NCBI GenBank assembly: GCA_023213395.1
Contig: CM041465.1
Coordinates: forward strand, 36,153,741-36,217,740
Direction of reading: 5' to 3'
Length of the DNA stretch: 64,000 nt
From: Cycas panzhihuaensis
Taxonomy: Eukaryota > Plantae > Cycadophyta
Each line of letters starts with the position of its first letter. Within the stretch, counting starts at the first letter, position 1. This document shows, piece after piece, positions 52,301 through 64,000 of the stretch. The notes under the pieces were generated by a model. It saw only the letters and a program-made list of their open reading frames with translations. It was not told the DNA's origin and made no database searches. Position numbers and translations under genes: made by a program.

Positions 52301-55300
52301 TGTTTCCTGGCTACCAGGAATGGACATGGGTGATTCGACTCAGGTAAGTTCAAGTATGCTTCTATCCTTACCTTTGTCAGTTTCAGAAAAGGTGGATTGA
52401 AGCCCTTTACCTGCATTACATTATGATTGATTGACTACATGATCACTATGCATTCGTTGCTTGACCATATTCCATCCCAACATCTTTTTAGCCTATGACG
52501 ATCTAGGGATACATATCCCATGGCACTCCACAACCCTCCGTCGTGCCTCCACGATGTCCCCTAGTACCTTTTGGATTTTATAGTCCATACCACATCACTT
52601 GTTGGTGCGACATGACCCCTAGCACCTTGCCTAGGCCTGGTCATCGCCCCACATTTATATTTTGTCTCTTTTGTGAGTCTTTGGCCATCATTCCCTGCTT
52701 GTTGTGGCACCTCTAAGTCCCATGACCCCCTTTTCCACCTAAATACTGAAGCATGCTCCCTTAGGACCTAAGATTCCATCTTTTTGGAGCTTTTGAGCTC
52801 CCTCCTTTCTCTTTTTGCTTTTGTCTCTATTACACTGCAGTAAACTCTAAGATACCACTACAAACTTTGCGGTACCGTTGAGTTTACCATGGGGTGACTG
52901 TCCATAACCATTTTTTTTTAATTTCCATGACTAATTTTACATTTATTGTGAAATTACCACATGGTAGTGACCTGACTCCCACCCAGGGCAAACCTTAATC
53001 GCTCAATTAAGTTAGGGTTGGGTTTAAAAACCTAAAATCCACTTCATTTTGTCTCTCTCTCATTTATTTTCACTACTATCTTCTCCAAAAAATCCCTGTA
53101 ATAGATTCCAACTCTGTTGTACCTACCTTACAACCTAACTACCAACTCTTGTAACTTAGGAAATGTAGGTTATATACCTACAACAAGGCTGGCTAAAGGA
53201 GAATCGTGCTTCAAATGTCTCACCAAGCTCTAGGTCTCATCTTGCTCACAGTTTTGGCTCTCCATTTGCTGCACTACAAGGGTTTTCTCTAGCAAATCCT
53301 AAGGGATCTTCTTCCATTCTTCCAGGTAGATCTACCCCAGACTCACCCTTTCTAGGTATTCTTAGATCAGTTCTTATTCTCTTTTAAGTAGCACACGTGT
53401 TCCTTTATTAGTCTTTCTTGTAGAAAGTTTCCTCCTTCTTTTTGTTCCATTATATTGGACGTAAACCCTCCTCTTGTTGGCTTATCCACGTCCTCCTCCT
53501 ATTTTTTTCTTTGGGGTTTTCTTAAGGAGGCAGCAGGGAAAGAGGTGCATGGAGAGTGAAAGGAGTACTAGGTAGGGTTGCACACCCAACATGCCTTCCC
53601 CTCAAGGGAAGCCCCCTTCTCTCCTTCCCTTTCCCTATCCATACCTCCCTTGATTCCCTGGGGAATTATTGAGGCAGAGATCTCTGCTGGTGGTAGCATA
53701 GGTAGCCTATAACTGCATTTGCAACCAGCCATCGAAGATCCTATATAGCCTAGATTTTGGCCCTATATCATACCTCTTTAGTTCAAGGATTAGTTCTTAT
53801 AGAAACTTGCAAAAGTTACATTTTGCATCTTTTGCAATATTTGTAACTCTTGCAACTCTTTTACCACTTTTATCTTCATTCACAGAAATCTGTTTTGCAC
53901 TTATTATCGAACTATTTTCTTTAGCCATAGGCTTGGTGCTTGGGGATCATATGGAGTGTTTTAGATTAGGAGGGTTTGCCATTCCGAGGCTACCCACTTT
54001 TCTCCTTTTCAACCCCTTCTCCACATCACACAATTGATTGTGCATATAAAATAAGGAATAGTATTAACATTACATGTTTTTGTTATTTAATATATATTAG
54101 TAAGTCTATTGTCTCATCCCCTTCTCTTCCAAGGAGGATGCACATATATAGCTATATTTCTTTGCATGTACTTACTCCTGTATGCATTTGCCATCCCTTG
54201 GGAAAGGGTAAGCTTTGATTGTGTAGGTTTCTTGTATTTGGAATAAACGAGAATCTTCATCCCAGGTACACTTCCCTTTTGCTTAGTAGTCACTTTTATG
54301 ACATTCTAAAACTATAAGTAAAATCATTCTATCATTTCCATTTCCTTTATTTTCAATTTTCCTTTTGGTTTTGGGGGAAGGTAAGGAAGCCCCCTTTCTT
54401 CGCCGACATCCTTTCTGCTATGCCACCCGCAGTAAGAAGAAGAGCTAGGATTGTAGAAGAAGTGAGGGCAATGCTACTCCAACTGCCAGGTTCCCAGGTA
54501 CGTTCTCTTATCTCATCTTTCCTGCCCTTGTCCTTCACTCCCCCCTTTTGGTATACCCCTAAACAAAAGGAAAAACAAAGGATTATGTTACTTTGTGCTC
54601 TACTAGTTATTTGTGCTTGCTCATCTAAGCACATAGTGGGGATTTAGTCAACCTGTACTGGTAGATGCTTCTTTGTTACCACACACTCACTTGCTCCTTC
54701 CTTCACTCAAACCTTCATCCTTACCAAAGCTTAGGTAAGGCGGGTTAGGCACTCATCCGTGCATATTCTTGTCTCCCCTTTACATGCCATTAAGTGGATT
54801 TACCTCTCTTGCTTGAACCTTTTATCTTCTTAACAATTTGCTTGCTTTCTTTTCCTTGCATGTGAAAGATAAAGAGAGCGAGGCTACATTTAGGGAAAGA
54901 GAAAGAGAGAGAGAGATTGCATTACTTATGTTTCTTTAAAAGTTTATCCCCTTGCACAGTGAAAACAAACATAAACACAACACTTTGCACTTCACATTTC
55001 CTTATCACACAACAAAGACAAATATAGGACAACACCCTTTGTCAACCCTTCATACCTAGAACCTCCTTAGGTATAGTGCCTTGAGAGTACCTCCTCTCAA
55101 GGTTATTTTTTTCTTATTTCTTTGTTTCAATAAGCTAGACCTCTTAGGTTATATCCTTTGGTTGATGCTTAGTTTGCGTAACCACCGCCTTCTCTGTCTA
55201 CTCAATGCTATGTCGGGCTTAGGCTTACACATGAGTTTCTCCCATTTCTTGCTAAGGTTCATTTCCTTCACTATCTCTTCACACGAGGAGGTATTCTCTC

Positions 55301-55588
55301 ACTTCCTTCCTCTCTCCTTCGACCATCCAAGATGGGAGGGTCCCCTTTTGAGGTTACTTAGGAAATTGAGGAGATCCCTCTTCCACCCGTTACTCTAAAT
55401 CGAGGAGGAGTTACCCTAAAGGAGTTGTACACTATTTGCAGGTCCTTGAACCTACGTTCTGACACACAAACTCCTTTTGTGGGTGATCTCTTTCCCTTGT
55501 TCTTATAGGTCCATAGCCACCAAAACTTTTGGCCATTTTGGCTCGATCTCATTCAAGTTTAGTGACCCCCCCCAGAGGTGCGATTCCA
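52301..55588 (+). repeat. 5' LTR of element G (~3.3 kb)
   Basis: Starts TGTTTCC like the 3' LTR; ends ...GATTCCA immediately before the PBS remnant. The 3' end is inferred from the PBS. Confidence 0.75.
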
Positions 55589-55589
55589 T

Positions 55590-55608
55590 TAGTGACCATA
55601 CTGGGGAC
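55590..55608 (+). promoter_or_regulatory. Primer binding site (decayed TGGCGACnnnnCTGGGGAC, tRNA-Arg type)
   Basis: TAGTGACCATACTGGGGAC resembles the Ogre/Tat PBS, with G>A and C>T decay in the first bases. Confidence 0.7.
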
Positions 55609-56099
55609 TCGCCAGTAAGGGATTAATCCTTTCTCCCTTTTCTATTGGTGCTACCTCCTTTTTGGTAGCTCTTCTCAATATGTTGGGTAGCCCCTAACAC
55701 TTGGCACCTTACCACCTCTTTTCCTTCCAATCTTTAGGTCAAACTTGTATACAATGATTCTCTCATCGCTTACAAGGCCTTTCTCCTTTGTTGGAAGACT
55801 TCTCTTATCATCCCCTTCCTTATCAGATTCTGATTCAACCGTGGAAGGATTCCCCTTAGATTGGGCATATCATGCCTACATCTTCGAGTCTCATGAGCTA
55901 TCCACTTCTTTCCAAGGGCCCACATAAGAGGGTGAGGACCCTATCTTTTACCTAGGTAGCCAAGAACACTCACAAGTCCATCACCTCTCCACTCATGAAG
56001 TGGAGTCATCTCCTCCCTTAGAGTATCATCATCTTGGTGGTGATCCTCATGAGGATTATCCCATGGGGTCTACCTCATATAAGGACCCTTCCACCTTAT

Positions 56100-58910
56100 A
56101 TGATTAGGTGGATACCCCTCTCACGGATGTTGTAGAAGCCCTTAACCAGTTCTTCCAAGCCGCTAGCCTCCAATCACATCTTAAGTGGTTAGATAACATC
56201 TTACGAAGTATAGTGCTTCCTCCCTCTACATATTCACCACCACATTCATCCCATTCAACTCCTTTGCCCACAATGAGGGCCTCCCTTATTGTGTCTTCTC
56301 CTCCTTATGATTCATATCCCTTAAGGACCACCCAAGGTACACCCTCTTCCCAACTTGGGTTGAGTATTCCTCTCTCTAGTCAAACAACTACACCCCAACC
56401 AACTATAGTCTATATACCTCCTGTTAGATCTAGGGGACCTACATGTGCCCCTACTTCTAGTTGTGTGGGACCCACCCCTATACATTCCCAAGCTCAACCT
56501 AGGGATCCTTCCCTTTACTTGCCTCTAGGTTATGCTTCTCAATTGTGGGGGCATGGTAAGGGAAACCTCCTTCCAGTTTATGGGGTAGACCTTATGTACC
56601 TATATGGTATCGCGCCACCTACATGCGGCCCATATGGGCAAAACCTAATTCTACACCCTTCCATTCCATCCTCTTATATTTTCTCTCATGTTGTGTCTTT
56701 GCAAGGAGGGAACGCCCCCTCCCAAGGCACCATCTCTCAAGCGCCTTTCCAATAAGGGGTGTACCCTCAAGGGGGGATAGGTTCCCCGTACCCATCTGCC
56801 CCTTTACCAATCCTTTCGAATGCGAGATTAGATCCTTCCCACCAAATGGGAGGGAGTCCATATCCTTTCTCGAACCAAGTCTCCCAAGGAGAATTTAGGC
56901 AACGTTGCCTACCTCCTCTTCCACCTCTCGTTGATCCTATGGTCTAATTAAGGACACGCCCCTTTAAGGATTATAGATCGACTCCTCTATCCATCAAGGC
57001 ATTAAGAACCAACTTACCACATCACCCTCCCAAGGTGCCCAAATTCGATGGGACCGTTTCTCAAGACCCAATGGATTACGTTAGAAGTTTTTCTATGGTA
57101 TGCATCGATTATTAGGCATACAACCATATCCTAATGAAAAATTTTCTGTGCTTCCTCCAAGGTGATGCCCTTAAATGGTTCTATCGCCTTCCATCACACT
57201 CTATCCACTCATTCCAATAACTCGTTGATGAGTTTGTCAATTATTTTGATGTAGCTCATCCTTTCGAGAGTGGAATGAAAGCTCTCCTATCTCTTAAATA
57301 ATCTCATGATGAGATGAACCATGACTTTATGAGATTCTTCCATGATCTTCTCCACTCCACAAAGGTAACCTTACTTGAGGAGTTAAAGAGAGAATTCTTT
57401 GTTAATACCCTTTGCCCTAAAGTCCATGTTGAAGTCCTCAAAATGGAGGCAACCATGTGTGACTCTGCTATAGCTAAGTGTTTAGATCTTGAGGCCATTG
57501 AGATCTAGGCAGGTCTTAAGAAGTCTCTTAGGTTCTCACAATGGCATGAGGCACCTCCTCTACCTCGTAATATAAAAATCCAATAGCCTCCTAAGTCTTC
57601 ATCTCATCCGATAGAGAAGACCTTGGACCCCTTAACTTCTGCTATATATTTTTTTGAATGTACCATAAAGGAGCTTAAACTCCAAGCCCCTTCATCACTC
57701 AGTTCCCAAAAACCTGTCCACCAAGCTTCTCAAGCTGCACCCCCCAAGGGCGGTAATACCTAGCCTTCTTAAACAAGGAAGACATACTCTTCCTTAGAGA
57801 AGAAGTGGTGTTCCATTCATAGGAAATGCTTTCACGAAGACTCATAATATAGGTCCCAGCACCCTAAGGCCACCCTAAAATATGACTCTTCTTCTAAATG
57901 GATATATAGACCCAATCTAGACGAACCCATATACATTAATCCTTTCTCTAAACATGGGGAACGTAATCACAACACCTAATAAAAAGGCAACTGAAATAGA
58001 GGAAGGTCTTCCAACCCTCACCCTACGCAAGTTAAAGGGAAGGGTGTTAGGAACTCTTCCTCTTCTTCTAGTTCTCCCAACCACCAAAATCCTTCCCCCT
58101 CTCTATCCCAAAACAAGGGAAAGAGAGCCATTCAAATACTTGAGACCACACCCTTATATGCCTTTACCCAGTCCCAAGTAGCTAAAGAAGCAATAGGTGC
58201 TTCTTCCTCTACTTCTCATCTTGATCCTCTTCTAGAAGTCCCTCCTGCAGAGATCCCTTCGCTTCCCAAGACCATTCCCATATGCCCCAATCATTACGAT
58301 TTCTGAAGGGCACTTCACCAACCTACTGCGAAGGGGAAGCTCTTCTCCATCATGGATGAACTTCACACCATGGTCGCAGGGATGTCTATGATGGATGTCT
58401 TGAGAAGCTGTATGGAGCAACATGCTCTTCTTCTTGAAGCTCTTGGCCAACAAGATGCTTCCATCCATGCTGTAGGCACCACCTCCCATGGACCACCTAC
58501 CATCTCATTCAATCCTTGAGATCTCCCTTCTCCTAGTGAACATGAGAAGCTTTTGCATTACCCATTTATCATTTCCATTGACACCCTTGATTTTATCATT
58601 AAGAGTAGTATCATAGATATTGGCTTCTCAGTTAATGTTATGCCTGTGCATATGCTTAAGGAGCTAGGCATAGTAGCTCTTAAGTTTGTCCCTTGGAAAT
58701 GCCAAGGATATGATAGGACCGAGAAGCCCCCCTTAGGGACAGTCTCCCTTTCACCCACCTTAGAAGGGAAGACCATTTTTGTAGATGTTGTTATACTCGA
58801 TATCGATGTGGAGTACAACCTCCTATTGGGTTGACCATGGATTGATCAAATAGAAGCAATTTTCTCCTTACATTGGGGGCAACTTAAGTTTGTCTATGAA
58901 GGATGAGTTA
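56100..58910 (+). pseudogene. Gag and aspartic protease of element G
   Basis: Pro-rich N-terminus; PPKVPKFDGTVSQDPMDYV, LQGDALKWFYRLPSHSIHSF; knuckle remnant KKWCSIHRKCFH (~57800); protease IIDIGFSVNVMP...GYDRTEKPPLG...YNLLLG*PWI. Confidence 0.88.
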
Positions 58911-60318
58911 AAGTTATCACCTGTGAGCCTCTATTGTCTCACACTTCTCATCCAGCCTACTAGGCTATCTTTGATGATGAAGATAGATCCTGAGGAGGCT
59001 ATCCCTTCTGTGGGGACCCTTTTTTAGAAGATTGACCTTCATCAAATAGAACCCATGCCTCATCATGAGCCAAACCTAGTTAGGTTTACCCCTATTGATG
59101 TAGGTAATTATGATTACATAGCCATCATGGGTGATTCTAAGTCAAATAATGAGCACCATGAGCCCCCTCCTCAGCGTCTTACCCTAGTTTCATGCATACT
59201 TAGGGAGATATCTCGATTGGATATTCCCTTTTCTCTTTATTCTACATTAGATCTTAAGCTTCTAGTTCTGAACTAGCCACTTCTTTCATCTCCTCGTCCT
59301 CCTTGAGCAACTTCACATAGGCATCCACATTGATAAACCACTCATAGAGGTATTTCTTCTTCATGCTCTAGGTCCTCACCTAGGACTAGAGCTAGTCCTA
59401 TTCAGATGTAACCTTGCCACGTGATCCATCACGTGTTAGATCCATTACACTCATCTAGTTCTGACCAAAACTATCTTACTTATAGGCCTAGTCATATAGG
59501 GTCTACCTTTCATTGCCAACCTCCATGCCTTATGTGACTGTCCCTACTTTTGAGTAGACCTAGCACACAACTTCTCTCTGCTCGATCCAAAATAAACCTA
59601 AACTACCACTCTAAGCATGTTCCCATTCCCCCAACCACGGGTGGAATGGCAGCTTAGGGTGGCTTTCCTATCTTTGTAGTTCTTGCCTATGAAATCTTTT
59701 ATTTCCCTCCAATGGGAAACCTTTCTTCCTAGTTGGACGCGTGGGTTTCCATCACTCTCGAGCTCAGAAACACACCCCAACTAGGACTACATGCTCGAGT
59801 ACTTCTACTCCTTCTTCACTGTCGCTTCCTTTGCATATCTATTATGCTCCTTCAATGGATATGTATGGTTCCCCATCTCTTAGCCTCACATGTGCCTATC
59901 ACTGATGCTCATAGTGGTTGTGTATGCCTGCTACGAGTATGGTCCTGCATGGAAGAAAGTATAAGCATCACCTAAATAATCTAATAACAAAAGCCATATA
60001 ACAACCAACTAAATCCATCATGATATATAACCCCTCATGCACTCGTACACCCATGTCTACATACGCATAATCATATAAATATGTAAGTAAATAAACATCA
60101 AATATGCCATCATAATACCATCATCATAGATTAAGTGGGATACCAATGGACCCCCACCTATATACATAATTAATCATATCATGTAAAACAATATAGTACA
60201 TCATCCTAAGGAAGCTGGAATCCTTACAGTGAAGAGTATAATCACCTCAAAACCAAATCAAGGCAAATTATCCAAGCACCTAGTGGTTGTAAGATGTAAG
60301 GAAAAGGTAGTATCTCAC

Positions 60319-62078
60319 CTCATGGGATGGCTGACTCCTTGACTTGGATGACCACCTCCTCCATGGGGCCTCCCTTGGCTATTGGACCACCCTCCTCAGC
60401 CTTTAGGACTACCTATCCCACCTCCAGACCTATTGGGATCTCTCCAACATCCTCTCCTTTGTCTGCGATAGCTATCACTGCCTTTTCTACTGCCACCATT
60501 ACTACTACTACCATAGGTTCCCTACCTGGTCCTCTCTCCCTCTATAGTAGTGGCCTATCTCCCCTCGCGACCCCGGATGGGCCTGCCTCACCTCTGGTAG
60601 CCCTTGATAAACCTGCCTCTCCTCCCGCAGCTCCTAACAGACCTGCCGCCCCTAATGAGCCTGCCCCATTACCTCCATCATCTCCACCACCTCCAAGACC
60701 TTCACATAACCCTCCTGCCTCATCATCGCTATCCTAATGCACTCCTTTATATGGATTCGATGTGTAGTCTGCTAGAGTAAGGAGGTCTAGTGATGTCACC
60801 TCCATTGATCACCTAACATATGCCTGATCCTTGGTCCCCCTAAACTGAGTCTACCACCTGTGCACCATGGGAGCTCGTGTCGAGATAGGGTGTGGTCCTC
60901 CTGGTGATGCTACTACCCTAAAATGGTTGAAGAACTAGCACTGTAGCAAAGTACAATAAGAAAATCCTCCTCTTCCTGCCAACCTAATAGCATCCAATTA
61001 TGCAATCATATTCGTTGCTATCAAGGCAGCCCAATCCAGTCTCTCCCTAGCCTCGTATCTCCTGATGGTGTCCATCCACCCACCTAGTATATCCCTATAG
61101 TTCTATTTCTAGGAAATCCAAAATAGAATGCCTAGTGTAATAAGTTTTCTCATCCAAGGAATCTACGATATTACCATTGCCTACACTAATACTCTCCGTT
61201 GATCCCACCTGCCCTAGCCAGTGAAGTATGGGGTCACCTCCATGTGTGTAGCATCAGTGTGGGGCAACATGCCCAATGATGCTGGCAGTCCTCCTGCCGG
61301 TATTCATAGAATCCTCCTAATGTCTCCTGGTGTGATAGTGAGGTCCCCCACTTGGGGAAGGTGGAACACATACCACCTGTGGTCCTAATGGGAGACTATA
61401 TCCACCAAGAGACATTAATTTAATGCATACTGTAGAGTTTGGATGACCTTCAGTAACCTACATCACCCCAATGTCTGCTTGTTGCCTTGTGACATCATCT
61501 CTATGAAGCTCATTATGGTGATTCCTATGTTCTCGTAGTTGTCCACCATAATAACTACCTACAAAAACCACCCAAGAGTAAGTCAAAACACTCCATCCCA
61601 TACCTAGTTGCCATCATGTTACCTCTTACCCTCTTGGGGTTGAACCTGACCCCTTCTTGGCCCCTTTATTTTCTTTTTCTTCCTATCTATCTTTGACCCG
61701 TGTCAAACTCTATGGTATTGCAGAGTTTGACCTGAGCCCTACTAAGATTTTAGTATTCCTCAGCAGCCTCATGACAAACTCAGTGGCACCGTGATCTTTA
61801 CTGCGGGGCCCTTGCCACCCCCTATAAAAAAGAGGGGAAATGTTTCAAAATTCTAAAATTTTTGTCTAAGTGGGCCAAAGCTAGGTCCATTGGGATTAGG
61901 GTTACCTAATACCCTAGTCCTCCCCCTCTCTGGGCCCAAACTAGGCTCTAAAGGGTCCCAAACTACCCTTAAGGGGAAGAAAACTACCTCAAAAAGCATA
62001 AAAAGGCATTCAATGGAATTGATAAAATGGAGGGGATAGCGATGATCCACTCACTAGATTTGGCTTGACCACCTCCAT
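60319..62078 (-). pseudogene. Antisense Plant Mobile Domain (PMD, aminotransferase-like, MAIN/MAIL-related) gene with a Gly-rich tail
   Basis: Single frame 61558-60319 with stops but no frameshift through the PMD: LLVDIVSH*DHRWYVFHLPQVGDLTITPGDIRRIL*IPAGG, LDWAALIATNMIA*L, LLQC*FFNHF, PMVHRW, LDLLTLADYTSNPY. Acceptor TTTTTGTAG at 61559; upstream donor GTGAGT at 62054 in matching phase after MEVVKPNL; downstream donor GTGAG at 60318. Confidence 0.85.
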
Positions 62079-62199
62079 CTTGTCGCTCTCATTGTATTGG
62101 CTATCTATGCTCCTCGATCCAATGTTCAAATCTCTTGCTATATATCTTCGAAGTTGGGTAGTGCTCTGTTGCGTAAGGAAAGGGCTCTAGATCAATTGT

Positions 62200-62256
62200 G
62201 AGCCTGTGAAAATGAACTTCATTTTCACCTATTTTCCTTTATAGACGTGGGGGCCC
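62200..62256 (-). promoter_or_regulatory. Putative core promoter of the PMD gene
   Basis: TATAAA on the minus strand at 62238-62243; GTGGGGGCCC (TCP/site II-like) at 62247-62256; 11-bp palindrome at 62206-62228. Confidence 0.5.
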
Positions 62257-62818
62257 TAATGAGCACTTTCTCCTTTTCTTTTTTCTATGATAACCTTTAC
62301 GGCCATCCTTTCACCCATATTATTTTTATCTTCTGGGCCCATCCCCTGTTTTACCTCTGTGGTCTCTATTTTAAGCCTCTTTGGTGCATTTATGATGACT
62401 CCTTCAGTCTTCCGTAGACCCCTTCCATCTTGATTTTTATTACCACTCTAAAACATACTCATGTTTATACTCCTTTGGCTTGTTTTATCACCCTGGATCT
62501 ATTTTTGTTGCCCGTTCGAGCCTTTGGGGCTCCCAAAGGAAGCACCTTCCTCATTCAAGACCTCACCTTGGCCCTTTTAGCGACCTTCAGGACCCTGAAG
62601 GGGCCTTTTCTCCATCGTTTCCTTCCCTTTCGTTAGGTTAGTCTCCTCACCCCCTGGGTAGCCTCCCTTCAGGGCTCTCCTATCCTTCACGATCCTTACT
62701 CATAGCCATCTAAGTGCTTTGTAGCCCTATTATTACCATTCCCTCCTTCTCTTTGCTTATTGCTCTCATCATCACTTTTCTTCCTCTACCATCCGACTGA
62801 GACCTTTCTCTCCTTGGC

Positions 62819-63000
62819 ATGGCCCTACTCATCTTCACTGATGGTGGAAGTCATGGTAACCCAGGCCCTACCATGTGGATTCTTTGTGACCCCTCTAGAT
62901 ATGATTATATGCATTTCAAGGTCTTGCTTCTCGAAGCTACCAATAACAAAGCTGAGTACATAGTCATTATTAAAGTCCTTACCGATGCACTCCATTTCTA
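62819..63000 (+). pseudogene. Archaeal-type RNase H (aRH) remnant typical of Tat elements
   Basis: LIFTDGGSHGNPGP...EATNNKAEYIVIIKVL matches the FDGxSxGNPG...TNNxAEY motif. Confidence 0.85.
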
Positions 63001-63716
63001 CCCATCATCCTTCTTTACGACTCTTAGGTCATTATGTTATATCTCACCCAGGTTTACCAGGTGTGTTGTCCATGTTTGAGAGCCCTTGCCTTGACTACTA
63101 GGTCCCTTTTGTCTCATTTTTCTTCTGTAGATATCAAACATATTCCCTAGGACCACAATGATGAGGTATACGACCTCGTCTATCTCATCCTCGAGTGTTG
63201 TCTCCCTCTCCTTGATGATCCTCCTTAAGGAACCTGTTAGGTCGCCCAAGCACTTAGGTTCCTGATCACCCCATCTTCCATATTGTGATCCGTTTTCACC
63301 TCCAAAAGTTAGCCACTAATGAGGTTAAACTATGGTGACTATCAGGTTTGTTCTCTTCACTCTATCCTTCGTACTAGCCTTGGTACAAAATCCTCATCAT
63401 TTTGACTTTCATATATACATATCTTCTATTCATAGTATTTGGATAATCATATTCATGACTATCACTACTATTTATCTTTCACTCATGCGATGGGGGCATC
63501 CCCCTCATCTGCTTTCACTACCATTTAGGATGATGCATAGGCAACCCCTATGCTGTCACTCTCTCATCTCCCTATCCATGCATCCTGCCATAATACTTGC
63601 TATCACCCTTAGTTGATAACACTACTATATTTATTGTATATTGCTAACCTTTTGTTGCTAGCATTTGTCATTGCATTACGCTTCCAAGCAGTGAGCTCCT
63701 ACTCCTAAGGGGGCAG

Positions 63717-64000
63717 TGTTTCCTAGCTATCGGGAATGGACATGGGCGATTCAACTTAGGTAAGTTTAGGTATGTTTCTATCCTTACCCTTATTAGTTTC
63801 AAAAAAGGTAGATTAAATCCCTTTACCTGTATTGCATTATGATTGATTAATTACATGATCAATATGCATTCATTGCTTGACTATATTACATTCCAACATC
63901 TTTTTAGCCTATGACGATCTAGGAATACATATCCCATGGCACTCTACAACCTTCCGTCATGCCTCCACAACGTCCCCAAGTACCTTTTGGCTTTCGCAAC
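63717..64000 (+). repeat. Start of the 3' LTR of element G
   Basis: Aligns with 52301 onward and follows the PPT. Confidence 0.93.

Larger units (their letters stand above)
52301..64000 (+). mobile_element. Non-autonomous Tat/Ogre-type gypsy element G, 3' LTR running off the window
   Basis: 63717-64000 is homologous to 52301-~52580; PPT AAGGGGGCAG 63707-63716; Ogre-like tRNA-Arg PBS remnant at 55590-55608; gag, PR and aRH present; no RT or INT motifs seen. Confidence 0.9.

Noticed and set aside
56108-56755. 215-aa Pro-rich ORF as a host gene
   Set aside because: Lies between the PBS and the gag core of element G; best read as the low-complexity gag N-terminus.
60327-60737. Pro/Ser-rich 136-aa plus-strand ORF resembling an extensin or AGP
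   Set aside because: It is the antisense shadow of the Gly-rich tail of the minus-strand PMD gene.
61802-61821. Extra 20-nt micro-exon in the PMD intron
   Set aside because: Splice-like signals flank it, but its length would break the reading frame; unsupported without transcripts.

Overview
Eukaryotic (seed-plant, most likely gymnosperm) intergenic DNA made almost entirely of nested retrotransposons; I find no intact host gene, RNA gene or CRISPR array. Left to right: (1) the 3' part of a fairly young Ty3/gypsy chromovirus (Reina-like, 1-4229); (2) a multi-level nest (4528-~26770) in which an old LTR holds non-autonomous element A (5036-26707), which holds copia derivative B (6207-25243), which holds a full-length L1 LINE (8274-14892) and, inside its 3' LTR, copia element C (17386-25158); (3) two related LTRs in opposite orientation, and decayed Tat-like gypsy and gag remnants (27172-37400); (4) a 5'-truncated L1 (37972-38298) and a young full-length L1 (38700-44780), both with TSDs; (5) non-autonomous LTR element D (47648-52280), which carries an intronless fragment of the host gene MBF1 split by a solo LTR; (6) a non-autonomous Tat/Ogre-type element (52301 to the window end) with a 3.3-kb LTR. 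That last element keeps gag, protease and an archaeal-type RNase H but shows no RT or integrase; in their place lies an antisense, apparently spliced Plant Mobile Domain (PMD) gene with its own promoter, and a palindromic motif is shared between the LTR and that gene's intron. All coordinates, translations and alignments were done by eye.
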